A DNA stretch of 64,000 nucleotides from Thermotogota bacterium (lineage in GTDB: Bacteria; Thermotogota; Thermotogae; Mesoaciditogales; Mesoaciditogaceae). The position numbers and the translations under genes were made by a program. Below, piece by piece: positions 17,831 through 26,799 of this stretch. The stretch is taken from the NCBI GenBank assembly GCA_026988035.1, contig JALSLY010000069.1, forward strand, positions 15,337 to 79,336, read 5' to 3'. Position 1 is the first letter of the stretch. Each line of letters starts with the position of its first letter. The notes below the pieces were generated by a model. That model did not search any database, was not told where the DNA came from, and saw only the letters and a program-made list of their open reading frames with translations.

Positions 17831-18787
17831 GTGAGGAAGTACATTATACATAGGTTACTTCAGATGATTCCAACTATTTTTCTTGTTATGTTTATAGCTT
17901 TTGCATTGATGAAACTGATCCCCGGAGATCCCGCAGCCGTTATGCTTGGTCCTCAGGCGCGGGCGCAAGACATAATGAAATTGGATAAAGAGTTAGGCCT
18001 TGATCAACCAGTAATGATGCAATTTTTGATATACGTTAAACGAGCTTTTTCTGGGGATTTTGGAAGATCCATAATATATGGAGAACCGGTTTTTACGTTA
18101 CTCTTGCAAAGATTCCCACTCACAGCTCTTTTAAGCGTTATGGCACTTTCAATCGCTATCATTGTTGCTGTACCATCAGGAATATTGGCGGCTCTAAAGC
18201 AAAACAGCTTTGTGGATTACCTTATAACAGTTTTTTCTCTAGTAGGAGTTTCCACTCCTATTTTTTGGTTTGGATTGATGCTGATGATGGTGTTTTCCCT
18301 GTATCTCCACATTCTTCCATCAGTGGGGATGGGAAATGGTACATTGCTTGACACATTCCGTCACTTAATATTGCCATCAATATCTTTGGCCTTACTATCC
18401 ATGGGAACAATAGCTCGTGTGACGAGATCTAGCATGCTGGAAGTACTTAGACAAGATTATGTAAAAACCGCTTACGCAAAAGGGCTTAAGAAGAAAACGA
18501 TTATTTATCGCCACATGTTGAAAAATGCTATGGTGCCAATCATAACCGTTTCCGGTTTGCAATTGGGTAATTTGCTTGCTGGTGCCGTTCTCACCGAAAC
18601 GATTTTTGGTCTTCCTGGTATGGGACGACTCATGTACGATGCGATCTTAAGGAGAGACTTTTTAGTAGTGCAAGGTGGGATATTGTTTGTTGCCTTTATT
18701 TACATAGCGCTGAATTTTTCGGTTGATCTGTTGTACGCCGCCTTCAATCCACATATTACCAGTTCTTATAAAGGAGTGGCAAAATGA
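17831..18787 (+). CDS. ABC transporter permease (DppB/OppB-like)
   Basis: GTG start 7 nt after GGAGG. The N-terminus YIIHRLLQMIPTIF and the EAA-type loop YVKTAYAKGL.....I.RH.L.NA are present, with 6 predicted TM segments. Confidence 0.9.
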   Translation: MRKYIIHRLLQMIPTIFLVMFIAFALMKLIPGDPAAVMLGPQARAQDIMKLDKELGLDQPVMMQFLIYVKRAFSGDFGRSIIYGEPVFTLLLQRFPLTALLSVMALSIAIIVAVPSGILAALKQNSFVDYLITVFSLVGVSTPIFWFGLMLMMVFSLYLHILPSVGMGNGTLLDTFRHLILPSISLALLSMGTIARVTRSSMLEVLRQDYVKTAYAKGLKKKTIIYRHMLKNAMVPIITVSGLQLGNLLAGAVLTETIFGLPGMGRLMYDAILRRDFLVVQGGILFVAFIYIALNFSVDLLYAAFNPHITSSYKGVAK

Positions 18788-19641
18788 CCACAAATGTACG
18801 AACAATCAAATGGGAATTCGCTGCAAAATTTATCCGTAGTAAATCTGCAGTTACAGGATTAATTGTCGTTGTAGTACTTGTTTTTATGGCCATAATGGCT
18901 CCTTATATTTCTCCTTTTCCGAGTGATTCAATGGATTTTTCTTCCATGATGAGTCCTCCAGGAGTCAATGGCCATTTAATGGGAACTGATCAATACGGTA
19001 GAGATATTCTTACAAGAATACTATATGGATCCCGGATATCATTAATGGTGGGAATTGTAGCAGTGGGAATAGGTGCTGGTTTTGGAATACTTCTTGGAGT
19101 AATTGCAGGCTACTTTGGAGGTATTTTAGATGCTTTAATCATGAGAGTTGTAGATGCTATGTTATCATTTCCATATATTTTGCTTGCCATTGCGATGATG
19201 GCTATGTTAGGTCCAGGATTGTTTAATGCTATGCTTGCGATAGGAATTGTTATGACCCCAAATTTTGCTCGAATTGTAAGAGGAAATGTATTGTCTGTAA
19301 AAGAAGAGGAATTTATTGTGGCTTCCAAGATCCTCGGTGCTTCGAATTCGAGAATTATAGCAAGTCATATTCTTCCTAACATTCTTCACATAATAATAGT
19401 TTACGGTTCGTTAAATTTTGCCGGAGCAATAATAAGTGAAGCCACTTTAAGCTTCCTTGGTATAGGCATTCAGCCCCCTACACCTTCGTGGGGAAGCATG
19501 TTAAGAGATGCGCAGTCTTATCTTCAAGTAGATCCGTATATGTCCATTTTCCCAGGCACTGCTATTTTGATTTCTTCACTTGGTTTTAATTTACTTGGGG
19601 ATGGTCTTCGAGACATATTGGATCCAAGATTGAATATTTGA
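18784..19641 (+). CDS. ABC transporter permease (DppC/OppC-like)
   Basis: HLMGTDQYGRDILTRILYGSR and the EAA loop EEEFIVASKILGASNSRIIASHILPN are present. The start overlaps the upstream stop (ATGA). Confidence 0.9.
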   Translation: MTTNVRTIKWEFAAKFIRSKSAVTGLIVVVVLVFMAIMAPYISPFPSDSMDFSSMMSPPGVNGHLMGTDQYGRDILTRILYGSRISLMVGIVAVGIGAGFGILLGVIAGYFGGILDALIMRVVDAMLSFPYILLAIAMMAMLGPGLFNAMLAIGIVMTPNFARIVRGNVLSVKEEEFIVASKILGASNSRIIASHILPNILHIIIVYGSLNFAGAIISEATLSFLGIGIQPPTPSWGSMLRDAQSYLQVDPYMSIFPGTAILISSLGFNLLGDGLRDILDPRLNI

Positions 19642-19654
19642 GAGGATGATGAGA

Positions 19655-20821
19655 ATGACTTATAAACAAGCCTTACAAAAAAGCATCGATGATCTCTCTG
19701 TAGAACTTGTAAATATTGCGAAGAAGATATTTAGATACAAAGAAATTGCCTACAAAGAATACAGATCAGCCAAAGAACTGAGCGATTTTTTGGAGAGAAA
19801 AGGATTTCAGGTTTCAAAAAACGTGGCTGGTCTTGAAACTGCTTTCGTGGCCAAATACGGATCTACCCCTCCACACGTAGCGTTGCTGGCAGAATATGAT
19901 GCTCTACCAGGTCTTGGCCATGCATGCGGTCACAACCTTATAGGTACGATAAGTGTCGGAGCAGCTGTGGCATTGAAGGAAAGTGGAATACTCGAACATC
20001 GGGGCACGATATCAGTTGTGGGAAGTCCTGCAGAAGAAGCTGGCGGTGGAAAAGTTGCATTGTTAAGACATGGAGTATTTGATGATGTCGATGTTGCGAT
20101 GATGATCCATCCGGCTTCGATGACGACAGGTTTTGATATAGCATACGCTATAGACGAGTTCAAAGTTGAATACTTTGGGAAAGCAAGCCATGCAGCTTCT
20201 GCTCCTGAAAAAGGAGTTAATGCCCTTGATGCCATGATAAATGCCTTTGTGGGAATAGGATTGCTAAGGCAACAGTTACCGGAAAATGTACGTATACACG
20301 GAATAATAACAAATGGTGGACAAGCCTCCAACATAATTCCTGAGTATACCAAAGCAGAGATAGGTGTAAGAGCATTGGAACGTAAGGAATTAGACAAAGT
20401 TGTTGAGAAATTTAAAGCAGTTTTAAAGGGAGCCGCGAAATCAACAGGATGTCGACTCAAAATCACCAAGCAAACATCATTGGATAACGTAAAGGTAAAC
20501 GCTCCACTCGCACAAGCTCTTGAGTCAAATTTCAGATCAGTTGGGGAGACGGTGGTAAAGAGAACCTATGAGCAAGGTGTTGGCTCCACTGATATGGGGA
20601 ATGTGACTCAAAAGGTACCAGGGATACATGCTTATATAAATATCACGAATAGTGAAAATATACCAGCACATACGCGCAAATTTGCTATGGCGTGCAATTC
20701 GGATTATGCTTATTCGGCAATGTTGAGAGCTGCAAAAGCATTGGGAATGACCTGCTTAGATGTCATAGAAGATGGAGACCTTCTTATGAAAATAAAAACA
20801 TATTTCAAAGGGGAAAATTAG
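19655..20821 (+). CDS. M20 family metallo-amidohydrolase/peptidase (AbgB-like)
   Basis: LAEYDALPGLGHACGHNLIG, GSPAEEAGGGK and HPA motifs are typical of the M20 amidohydrolase clade. ATGs at 19646 and 19649 are alternative starts. Confidence 0.8.
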   Translation: MTYKQALQKSIDDLSVELVNIAKKIFRYKEIAYKEYRSAKELSDFLERKGFQVSKNVAGLETAFVAKYGSTPPHVALLAEYDALPGLGHACGHNLIGTISVGAAVALKESGILEHRGTISVVGSPAEEAGGGKVALLRHGVFDDVDVAMMIHPASMTTGFDIAYAIDEFKVEYFGKASHAASAPEKGVNALDAMINAFVGIGLLRQQLPENVRIHGIITNGGQASNIIPEYTKAEIGVRALERKELDKVVEKFKAVLKGAAKSTGCRLKITKQTSLDNVKVNAPLAQALESNFRSVGETVVKRTYEQGVGSTDMGNVTQKVPGIHAYINITNSENIPAHTRKFAMACNSDYAYSAMLRAAKALGMTCLDVIEDGDLLMKIKTYFKGEN

Positions 20822-20829
20822 CAAAAACG

Positions 20830-21807
20830 ATGGATAAGATACTTGAAGTTTCAAATTTAGAAGTAGAATTCCAATTGCATAGAAAAAAATTCAAAGTTGT
20901 GGAAGATATAAGTTTTAGCGTGAATATGGGAGAAACGCTAGGAGTTGTGGGTGAAAGTGGTTCTGGAAAGAGTATTACAATGCTCTCAATCATGGGACTG
21001 CTTCCTTGGACCGCAAGAGTAACTTCGGGTTCTGTAACGTTTAAAGGCATTGACCTTCTTGAAGATGAGAATATCACAAAAGTGCGGGGCAAGGACATAA
21101 CTATGGTGTTTCAAGATCCAATGTCTTCGCTCAATCCCTCGCTTAAAATTAAAACACAGCTTACAGAAGTTCTCATTGAACATGAGAAACTTTCGTTTAA
21201 TGATGCTTATAGTAGATCTCTCCAAATGTTAAATTTAGTTGGAATGGCTGATGCAAAGAGCGTAATGGAACGTTATCCATTTGAGTTGAGTGGTGGGATG
21301 CGTCAAAGGGTTATGATAGCTATGGCTATGCTTTGTAAACCATCGTTGCTTATAGCTGATGAACCTACAACCTCTCTTGACGTTACAATTCAAGCTCAAA
21401 TACTTGAGTTACTTAGAGGGTTGAAAGAGAAATTCAGAACTTCTGTGATTTTTATCTCTCATGATATGAGAATCATTTCAGAAATCGCAGATAAAGTGAT
21501 CGTCATGTATGCTGGGAAAATAATGGAGAAATCCGACCGAATTCTTTTTTTCAAACAGCCACTTCACCCTTATTCGAAAGGATTACTTATGTCTGTGCCT
21601 GATCGTAAAGCTGGTAATTCTAAGAGGTTGTATACAATAAAAGGAGATCCTCCCAACCCAACAGAATTCTCTAAAGGATGTAGGTTCGCTCCTCGTTGTC
21701 CATATGCAAGTAAAAAGTGTTTCGAAATTTCTCCACCTTTGCATCAAGTGAAAAGCTCTTTTGTTTCATGTTGGCTTTATTCCCATGAAAGGGAGAGTGT
21801 GAGATGA
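20830..21807 (+). CDS. ABC transporter ATP-binding protein (DppD/OppD-like)
   Basis: Walker A GESGSGKS, signature LSGGMRQR, Walker B LLIADEPTTSLD and the C-terminal oligopeptide-type CRFAPRCPYA motif are present. The track ORF start at 20692 lies inside the upstream gene, so I use the ATG at 20830 (MDKILEVSNL). Confidence 0.9.
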   Translation: MDKILEVSNLEVEFQLHRKKFKVVEDISFSVNMGETLGVVGESGSGKSITMLSIMGLLPWTARVTSGSVTFKGIDLLEDENITKVRGKDITMVFQDPMSSLNPSLKIKTQLTEVLIEHEKLSFNDAYSRSLQMLNLVGMADAKSVMERYPFELSGGMRQRVMIAMAMLCKPSLLIADEPTTSLDVTIQAQILELLRGLKEKFRTSVIFISHDMRIISEIADKVIVMYAGKIMEKSDRILFFKQPLHPYSKGLLMSVPDRKAGNSKRLYTIKGDPPNPTEFSKGCRFAPRCPYASKKCFEISPPLHQVKSSFVSCWLYSHERESVR

Positions 21808-22748
21808 TATTGGAGACTTACAACCTAAAAAAGTATTTTCAAGTTGGGAAAAGCATTTTTCTAAGAGCTGTGGATGATGTAAGTTTTTCTGTAAAAAAGG
21901 GAGAAACCTTTTGCATCGTTGGGGAAAGCGGAAGCGGTAAATCTACCCTTGCGAGAACATTGGTACGAATATACTTTCCAACTTCTGGACGTGTACTTTT
22001 CAACTCCAAAGATATTTTTTCCATGTCAAAATCTGATTTGCGAGCTTTTAGGAGAGAAGTACAAATGGTATTTCAAGATCCTGCTTCTTCAATAGATCCA
22101 AGAAAAAAAGTTAAAGCTGTCATCGAGGAAGGACTTAAAATACAGAAAATAGGCTCAAAAAAGGAAAGAATGAGGATTATTTTAGATACCATAAATAAGG
22201 TTAAATTAGATGAAGAACATCTTAGCAGATATCCTCATGAACTTAGCGGAGGGCAAAAGCAGCGTGTTGGGATTGCGCGTGCATTAGCTCTCAAACCCTC
22301 GTTGCTAATACTTGACGAGCCAACTTCCTCATTAGATGTTTCTGTACAGGCAAAGATTCTGAATCTGCTGTTAGATCTTCAAAACGAATTTGGGCTTACT
22401 TATCTGTTCATAACTCACGACTTGGATATTGTCCGTCATATTGCTACCCAAGTTATGGTGGTTTATCTTGGAAAGATAATGGAAATGGGATCTGCTGAGG
22501 AAGTGTTGTTGAACCCCTTACATCCATATACCGTTTCACTATTAAGCTCGTCGCCGCACATAACTTTGGAGAAAAACGTGAAGCGAAAAGTGTTGGAAGG
22601 AGAAATACCAAGCCCGATAAATCCACCACAAGGGTGTCCTTTCAAAACCAGGTGTCCACTGGCAGTCGACAAGTGTGATAAATCTCCAGAACTTAAATTT
22701 GTCCAAGGCAGATGGATCGCTTGTAGTATGTATTGTAATGACAAATAA
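21804..22748 (+). CDS. ABC transporter ATP-binding protein (DppF/OppF-like)
   Basis: Walker A GESGSGKST, signature LSGGQKQR, Walker B LLILDEPTSSLD and the C-terminal GCPFKTRCP are present. The start overlaps the upstream stop. Confidence 0.9.
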   Translation: MILETYNLKKYFQVGKSIFLRAVDDVSFSVKKGETFCIVGESGSGKSTLARTLVRIYFPTSGRVLFNSKDIFSMSKSDLRAFRREVQMVFQDPASSIDPRKKVKAVIEEGLKIQKIGSKKERMRIILDTINKVKLDEEHLSRYPHELSGGQKQRVGIARALALKPSLLILDEPTSSLDVSVQAKILNLLLDLQNEFGLTYLFITHDLDIVRHIATQVMVVYLGKIMEMGSAEEVLLNPLHPYTVSLLSSSPHITLEKNVKRKVLEGEIPSPINPPQGCPFKTRCPLAVDKCDKSPELKFVQGRWIACSMYCNDK

Positions 22749-22771
22749 AGTGTGGAAGGATGTGTCAGTGA

Positions 22772-23692
22772 ATGCTCAACCAAGTCATGTTGATTCATGA
22801 TCTCCTTGATGGAGCAGATGTGGATGGTTTCAAGGTTCTAAAATTTTTCACTCCCTTTTTGAGTGATGATGATAAAATGACAGTTGAAAGAATTGAGAAG
22901 AACGGTAAGAATGTGGATTTTTTGAAGATTCAAATACGTGGATTCAATTCTAAAGCGCCAACACTGGGGATCGTAGGTCAATTAGGTGGAATTGGGGCCA
23001 GACCTGACGTTACAGGTATGGTCTCAGACGCAGATGGAGCTATAGTTGCTCTTGCCAGTGCTTTGAAATTGTTGGAAATGAAAAATCATAGGAATGATAA
23101 GATTCAGGGTAATGTAGTCATAACTACTCATATATGTCCAAATTCACCAACAATACCTCACGAACCTGTACCATTCATGGGATCGCCCATTGATATACAT
23201 TCTGCTTTAAGGCATTTGGTAATCCCTGAGATGAATGCAATACTTTCCATCGATGCCACAAAAGGTAATAGAATTATCAATATGAAAGGGTTTGCTTTCA
23301 CTCCCACTGTAAAAGAAGGCTATATTTTAAAGGTGTCAGAAGATCTAATAACGATTTATGAACGAGTCACCGGCAAAAAAGCGGTGATTCTTCCAATAAC
23401 AACTCAAGACATCACACCATACGAGAATGGCATTTTTCATATAAACAGTATTATGCAACCAGCAGTATGGACAAATGCGCCCGTTGTGGGAGTAGCCACA
23501 ACATCTGAAACCACGACCCCTGGATGTTCCACAGGTGCCAATTCGGAAATGGATCTCGAGGCCGCTGGAAGATTTTGTGTAGAAGTTGCTAAAGATTATG
23601 CAAGAGGTAAGTGTACTTTTTTTGATGAAACAGAGTTCCAAAAACTGATAAACTTGTATGGTTCTATGAAAAAAATTTCTAAAATTCAATAG
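22772..23692 (+). CDS. conserved hypothetical protein (possibly DUF1177 family)
   Basis: 306-aa ORF in the operon with no motif I can assign to an enzyme class. The DUF1177 guess rests only on my recollection that this ~300-aa family co-occurs with AroM and peptide ABC transporters. Confidence 0.5.
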   Translation: MLNQVMLIHDLLDGADVDGFKVLKFFTPFLSDDDKMTVERIEKNGKNVDFLKIQIRGFNSKAPTLGIVGQLGGIGARPDVTGMVSDADGAIVALASALKLLEMKNHRNDKIQGNVVITTHICPNSPTIPHEPVPFMGSPIDIHSALRHLVIPEMNAILSIDATKGNRIINMKGFAFTPTVKEGYILKVSEDLITIYERVTGKKAVILPITTQDITPYENGIFHINSIMQPAVWTNAPVVGVATTSETTTPGCSTGANSEMDLEAAGRFCVEVAKDYARGKCTFFDETEFQKLINLYGSMKKISKIQ

Positions 23693-23710
23693 AAAGGAAG
23701 AGAAATAAAA

Positions 23711-24271
23711 GTGGAAAGTCAAAATGATGGTGTGAACGATATCGGAGAGAGGATAAGAGAAGGCAGAAAATCAAAAGGATTAACGTTAAAAGAGTTGTCC
23801 GAAAGTGTAGGGGTAACTCCAAGTTTTCTAAGCCAATTGGAAAACGGAAAAGTCGCTCCTTCACTGAGTACATTAAGAAAAATCTTGAGTGTACTTGGTG
23901 AAAGGATGGTCACCGTTTTGCAAGATGAAACTGATGAAAAAAAATTTGTTGTCAAAGCCAACGAACGCAAAAAATTGATCGTATCAGACAAACTTTGGTA
24001 TGAAATTCTATCAACTAAAAATTCATCCATTGCTATGTTCCTGATGTATTTGGAACCAGGATATGGAAGCGGAATTGATTTCTATTCGCATGAAGGTGTA
24101 GAAACTGGTTTAATGCTTCAGGGAAAAGTTAAGATATTTGTGGGAGATAAGGAATTCGTATTAAATGAAGGGGATAGCATAACTTATAACTCAACAACAC
24201 CACACAGATGGGAGAATATAGGGGAAAAGAGAGCTATAGGAATTTGGAGTATAACTCCACCGTCGTTTTAG
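23711..24271 (+). CDS. XRE-family HTH transcriptional regulator with a C-terminal cupin domain
   Basis: The N-terminus IGERIREGRKSKGLTLKELSESVGVTPSFLSQLENGK is a classic HTH_3. The C-terminus has G..EF.L.EGDSITY....PHRWEN cupin strands. GTG start after AAGGAAGAG. Confidence 0.85.
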   Translation: MESQNDGVNDIGERIREGRKSKGLTLKELSESVGVTPSFLSQLENGKVAPSLSTLRKILSVLGERMVTVLQDETDEKKFVVKANERKKLIVSDKLWYEILSTKNSSIAMFLMYLEPGYGSGIDFYSHEGVETGLMLQGKVKIFVGDKEFVLNEGDSITYNSTTPHRWENIGEKRAIGIWSITPPSF

Positions 24272-24403
24272 ATGTATATTTAGCTTTCGGAGTCGGAAAT
24301 GAATTATTAGGAGCTTTTCAAAGATATCGTAAGAAATTCAGCGATAACGAAACCTGAATATGGTTATTTAAGAATTTTCGTGATATTTCGTTAGTAAACA
24401 GAT

Positions 24404-24432
24404 TTGATCATCAAGGGAAATAATGGTAGAAT
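24404..24432 (+). promoter_or_regulatory. sigma-70-type promoter upstream of the ROK regulator / xylose cluster
   Basis: TTGATC (24404-24409), a 17-nt spacer, then TAGAAT (24427-24432). Confidence 0.5.
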
Positions 24433-24434
24433 TG

Positions 24435-24461
24435 TTTTGTTTCTCCTTGGGAGAAACAAAA
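24435..24461. promoter_or_regulatory. perfect 11-bp inverted repeat (candidate operator or leader hairpin)
   Basis: TTTTGTTTCTC (24435-24445), the loop CTTGG, then GAGAAACAAAA (24451-24461). It begins 3 nt after the -10 element and ends just before the AAGGAGG RBS of the ROK gene. Confidence 0.55.
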
Positions 24462-24475
24462 TAAGGAGGTAAAAT

Positions 24476-25633
24476 ATGTTTTTAGTAAAAGGCACTATAG
24501 TATCCTCTACAAATCAAAAAAATGTGAATCGTACCCTGATACTAAATACCATCCTGAAATCTCAACCGATATCTCAAGTTCAATTGACTAAAGTTTTAAA
24601 GATCAGCAAAAGTACCGTTAGTAGGATAACATTCGATCTTATGCAATCCGGAATGCTTAAAAGCATTGGGACTACCAAATCTTCTAAAAATGGAAGGAAT
24701 CCTTCTCTTATTGCCCTAAATCCTGACTACAGAAAGAGCCTCGTGGTCAAGATAGGAGTTAATTATTCCATAATCGCAATTGCAAATTTTTCCATGACTT
24801 TTGAAAGAGTAAAAATATTTAAAACCAAGAAAGATCCCGAAAGATTTGTTGGCTACATCACTGAGTTCGTAAAGAAGAACATATCAGAAAGAGTACATTC
24901 CCTTTCTCTCAGTATACCTGGAATAGTAGATAAAGATTTTCAAAAAATTATAATTGCACCAAATTTGGATTGGAAAAATCTTCTGCTTGCTGAAATGCTC
25001 AAGGAAAAACTCGATCCTCTATTTGATAATTCATTAAAAATATCCATGGATAACGAGGCGAATTTTGCCGTGATTGCCGAGATGATGTTTGGAAAGAAGA
25101 TAAATGAAGATGATCGAAACGTAATTTTTATCTTGTTTGGAGAAGGAATAGGCACAGGCCTCGTGATCAACGGGCAATTGTACAGAGGAAGGTGGAACAC
25201 AGCGGGCGAATTTGGACACATGATCGTGGAGATGGGTGGAAAAAAATGCCATTGTGGAAACAGTGGTTGTTGGGAAAGATATGCGTCAATAAGTCAGATC
25301 ACCCGCGAAAAAATTTCGATCTCAGGCTCTAAATTTTTAAATACGCAACTAAAATCATCTACTCTTAAAACGTACTCTACAGCAGTTGCGACTGGAATAG
25401 CCAACATAGTCAACGGAATCAGCCCTGACGTTGTAATCGTTGGTGGCACTATTTCTAAAATATGGGATGAAATTTCTCAGGATGTTGTCAGAAAAGTGAA
25501 AGAGATGAGCATAACACCTGATGCTGCAAATGTAAGAATAGAATTGTCTTCCTTTTCTGAATATCCTGCGGAACTCTGCGGTGCAGCTTTGTGGTCCTTT
25601 TGGGATGTATTTGAAGGCCCGGTGCTCGTTTGA
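24476..25633 (+). CDS. ROK family transcriptional regulator (XylR-like)
   Basis: An N-terminal winged-helix region (ISQVQLTKVLKISKSTVSRI) is followed by a ROK sugar-kinase-like fold with GEFGHM and the zinc motif C.CG..GC.E (KCHCGNSGCWE). Confidence 0.85.
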   Translation: MFLVKGTIVSSTNQKNVNRTLILNTILKSQPISQVQLTKVLKISKSTVSRITFDLMQSGMLKSIGTTKSSKNGRNPSLIALNPDYRKSLVVKIGVNYSIIAIANFSMTFERVKIFKTKKDPERFVGYITEFVKKNISERVHSLSLSIPGIVDKDFQKIIIAPNLDWKNLLLAEMLKEKLDPLFDNSLKISMDNEANFAVIAEMMFGKKINEDDRNVIFILFGEGIGTGLVINGQLYRGRWNTAGEFGHMIVEMGGKKCHCGNSGCWERYASISQITREKISISGSKFLNTQLKSSTLKTYSTAVATGIANIVNGISPDVVIVGGTISKIWDEISQDVVRKVKEMSITPDAANVRIELSSFSEYPAELCGAALWSFWDVFEGPVLV

Positions 25634-25684
25634 AGTTCTAAAATAAAAGGGAAAAGCGTTGCTATTTTACAAGGAGAAAAGCGA

Positions 25685-26695
25685 ATGGGTAAAAATACCA
25701 TTATTGTGGAAGAAAACGTTGGTGCTAAGAGTCGAAAAACTACTGTAGGAATAACCAAATTCGTTGGAAGCGGCGATTTTGGTATTCTGACTGCTTTAAT
25801 TGCTTTAATCGTTTTTACCGGTTTAATGAATCCCAGATTTTTTTCGATCTACAATTTACAAACAGTAGGTCAGCAGTGGGCAGTTTTTGGAATACTTGCA
25901 GTTGGTGAGACTTTTGTTATAGTTATTGGCGGCGGAGCAATTGATCTTTCGTTGGGTTCTATAACGGCATTAAGTGGCGTATTAGTTGCTTTGTTCATGG
26001 TGAATTATCATATTCCTATGATCCTATCTATAATTCTTGTTTTACTTATTACTTCAGGGATAGGGCTGTGGCATGGTTTGGCAATGACAAAATTGGATAT
26101 ACCTCCATTTGTTACCACACTCGGAACTTTAGCAATTGCAAGAGGAGCAGCTTCAGTAATAACCCATGGATGGCCAATTATTAACCTTCCAAACAGTTTT
26201 TTGTTTTTAGGACAAGGTATGATCTTAGGTATGCCTGTTCCTGTTATCCTGCTTTTGACAATTGCAGCAGTAGCTGTTTTCTTTTTTTATTACACAAAGT
26301 ATGGAAGTTATTTCAGAGCGATTGGTGAGAATGTCAAAGCCGCGGAAAAGGTAGGAATAGCTGTAGTGAAACTGAGAACGATAACCTTTGTTCTTTCAGA
26401 TTTTCTTGGTGGACTTGTTGGAATAATCGTAGCTGCCCGTCTCTCGCAGGGCCAACCTGCTGTTGGTACCATGTATGAGTTATATGCTATAGCTGCTAGC
26501 GTTATAGGCGGAACAGCTTTAACAGGTGGAGTGGCAAGTATCTTTGGAGCTTTAATGGGTGCTGCCATTATTACTGTCATATGGAATGCATTAGTCTTGC
26601 TGGGAATATCTGCATTTTGGCAAGATATTGCTTTGGGCACCGTAATAGTCGTGGCTGTTACATTTGATGTTCTCAGAAGGAGAAAAAATGCGTAG
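25685..26695 (+). CDS. sugar ABC transporter permease (CUT2, RbsC/XylH-like)
   Basis: 336 aa and multi-TM. BPD_transp_2-type blocks are present: IDLS.GS, PPFVTTLGT..I.RG, Y..AIG.N..AA...GI and GG....GG. Confidence 0.85.
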   Translation: MGKNTIIVEENVGAKSRKTTVGITKFVGSGDFGILTALIALIVFTGLMNPRFFSIYNLQTVGQQWAVFGILAVGETFVIVIGGGAIDLSLGSITALSGVLVALFMVNYHIPMILSIILVLLITSGIGLWHGLAMTKLDIPPFVTTLGTLAIARGAASVITHGWPIINLPNSFLFLGQGMILGMPVPVILLLTIAAVAVFFFYYTKYGSYFRAIGENVKAAEKVGIAVVKLRTITFVLSDFLGGLVGIIVAARLSQGQPAVGTMYELYAIAASVIGGTALTGGVASIFGALMGAAIITVIWNALVLLGISAFWQDIALGTVIVVAVTFDVLRRRKNA

Positions 26696-26799
26696 GAGGC
26701 GATGAGCATGATAATTATTCACAGATTTGGTGCGACGTATCCTTAGTTGGGTGTTGGTATTTCCTGAAATGAAGTTTTTAGCAAGAAGGAGGGAGTAGT

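Noticed and set aside
19930-20469. A 179-aa minus-strand ORF antisense to the M20 amidohydrolase. Many similar 60-150-aa antisense or alternate-frame ORFs occur across the track (for example 4472-4924, 6027-6455, 26308-26709, 49958-50398, 53591-54055, 57263-57715 and 61124-61510).
   Set aside because: All are nested in strongly supported genes with recognisable motifs. None shows a motif or an RBS of its own.
24340-24395. An inverted pair, ATAACGAAA and TTTCGTTA, about 35 nt apart, plus TTTCGT direct repeats between the cupin regulator gene and the ROK promoter.
   Set aside because: The arms are short (8 nt) and AT-rich, with a long, unstructured spacer. They are easily explained by chance. 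I list the much stronger 11-bp repeat at 24435-24461 instead.
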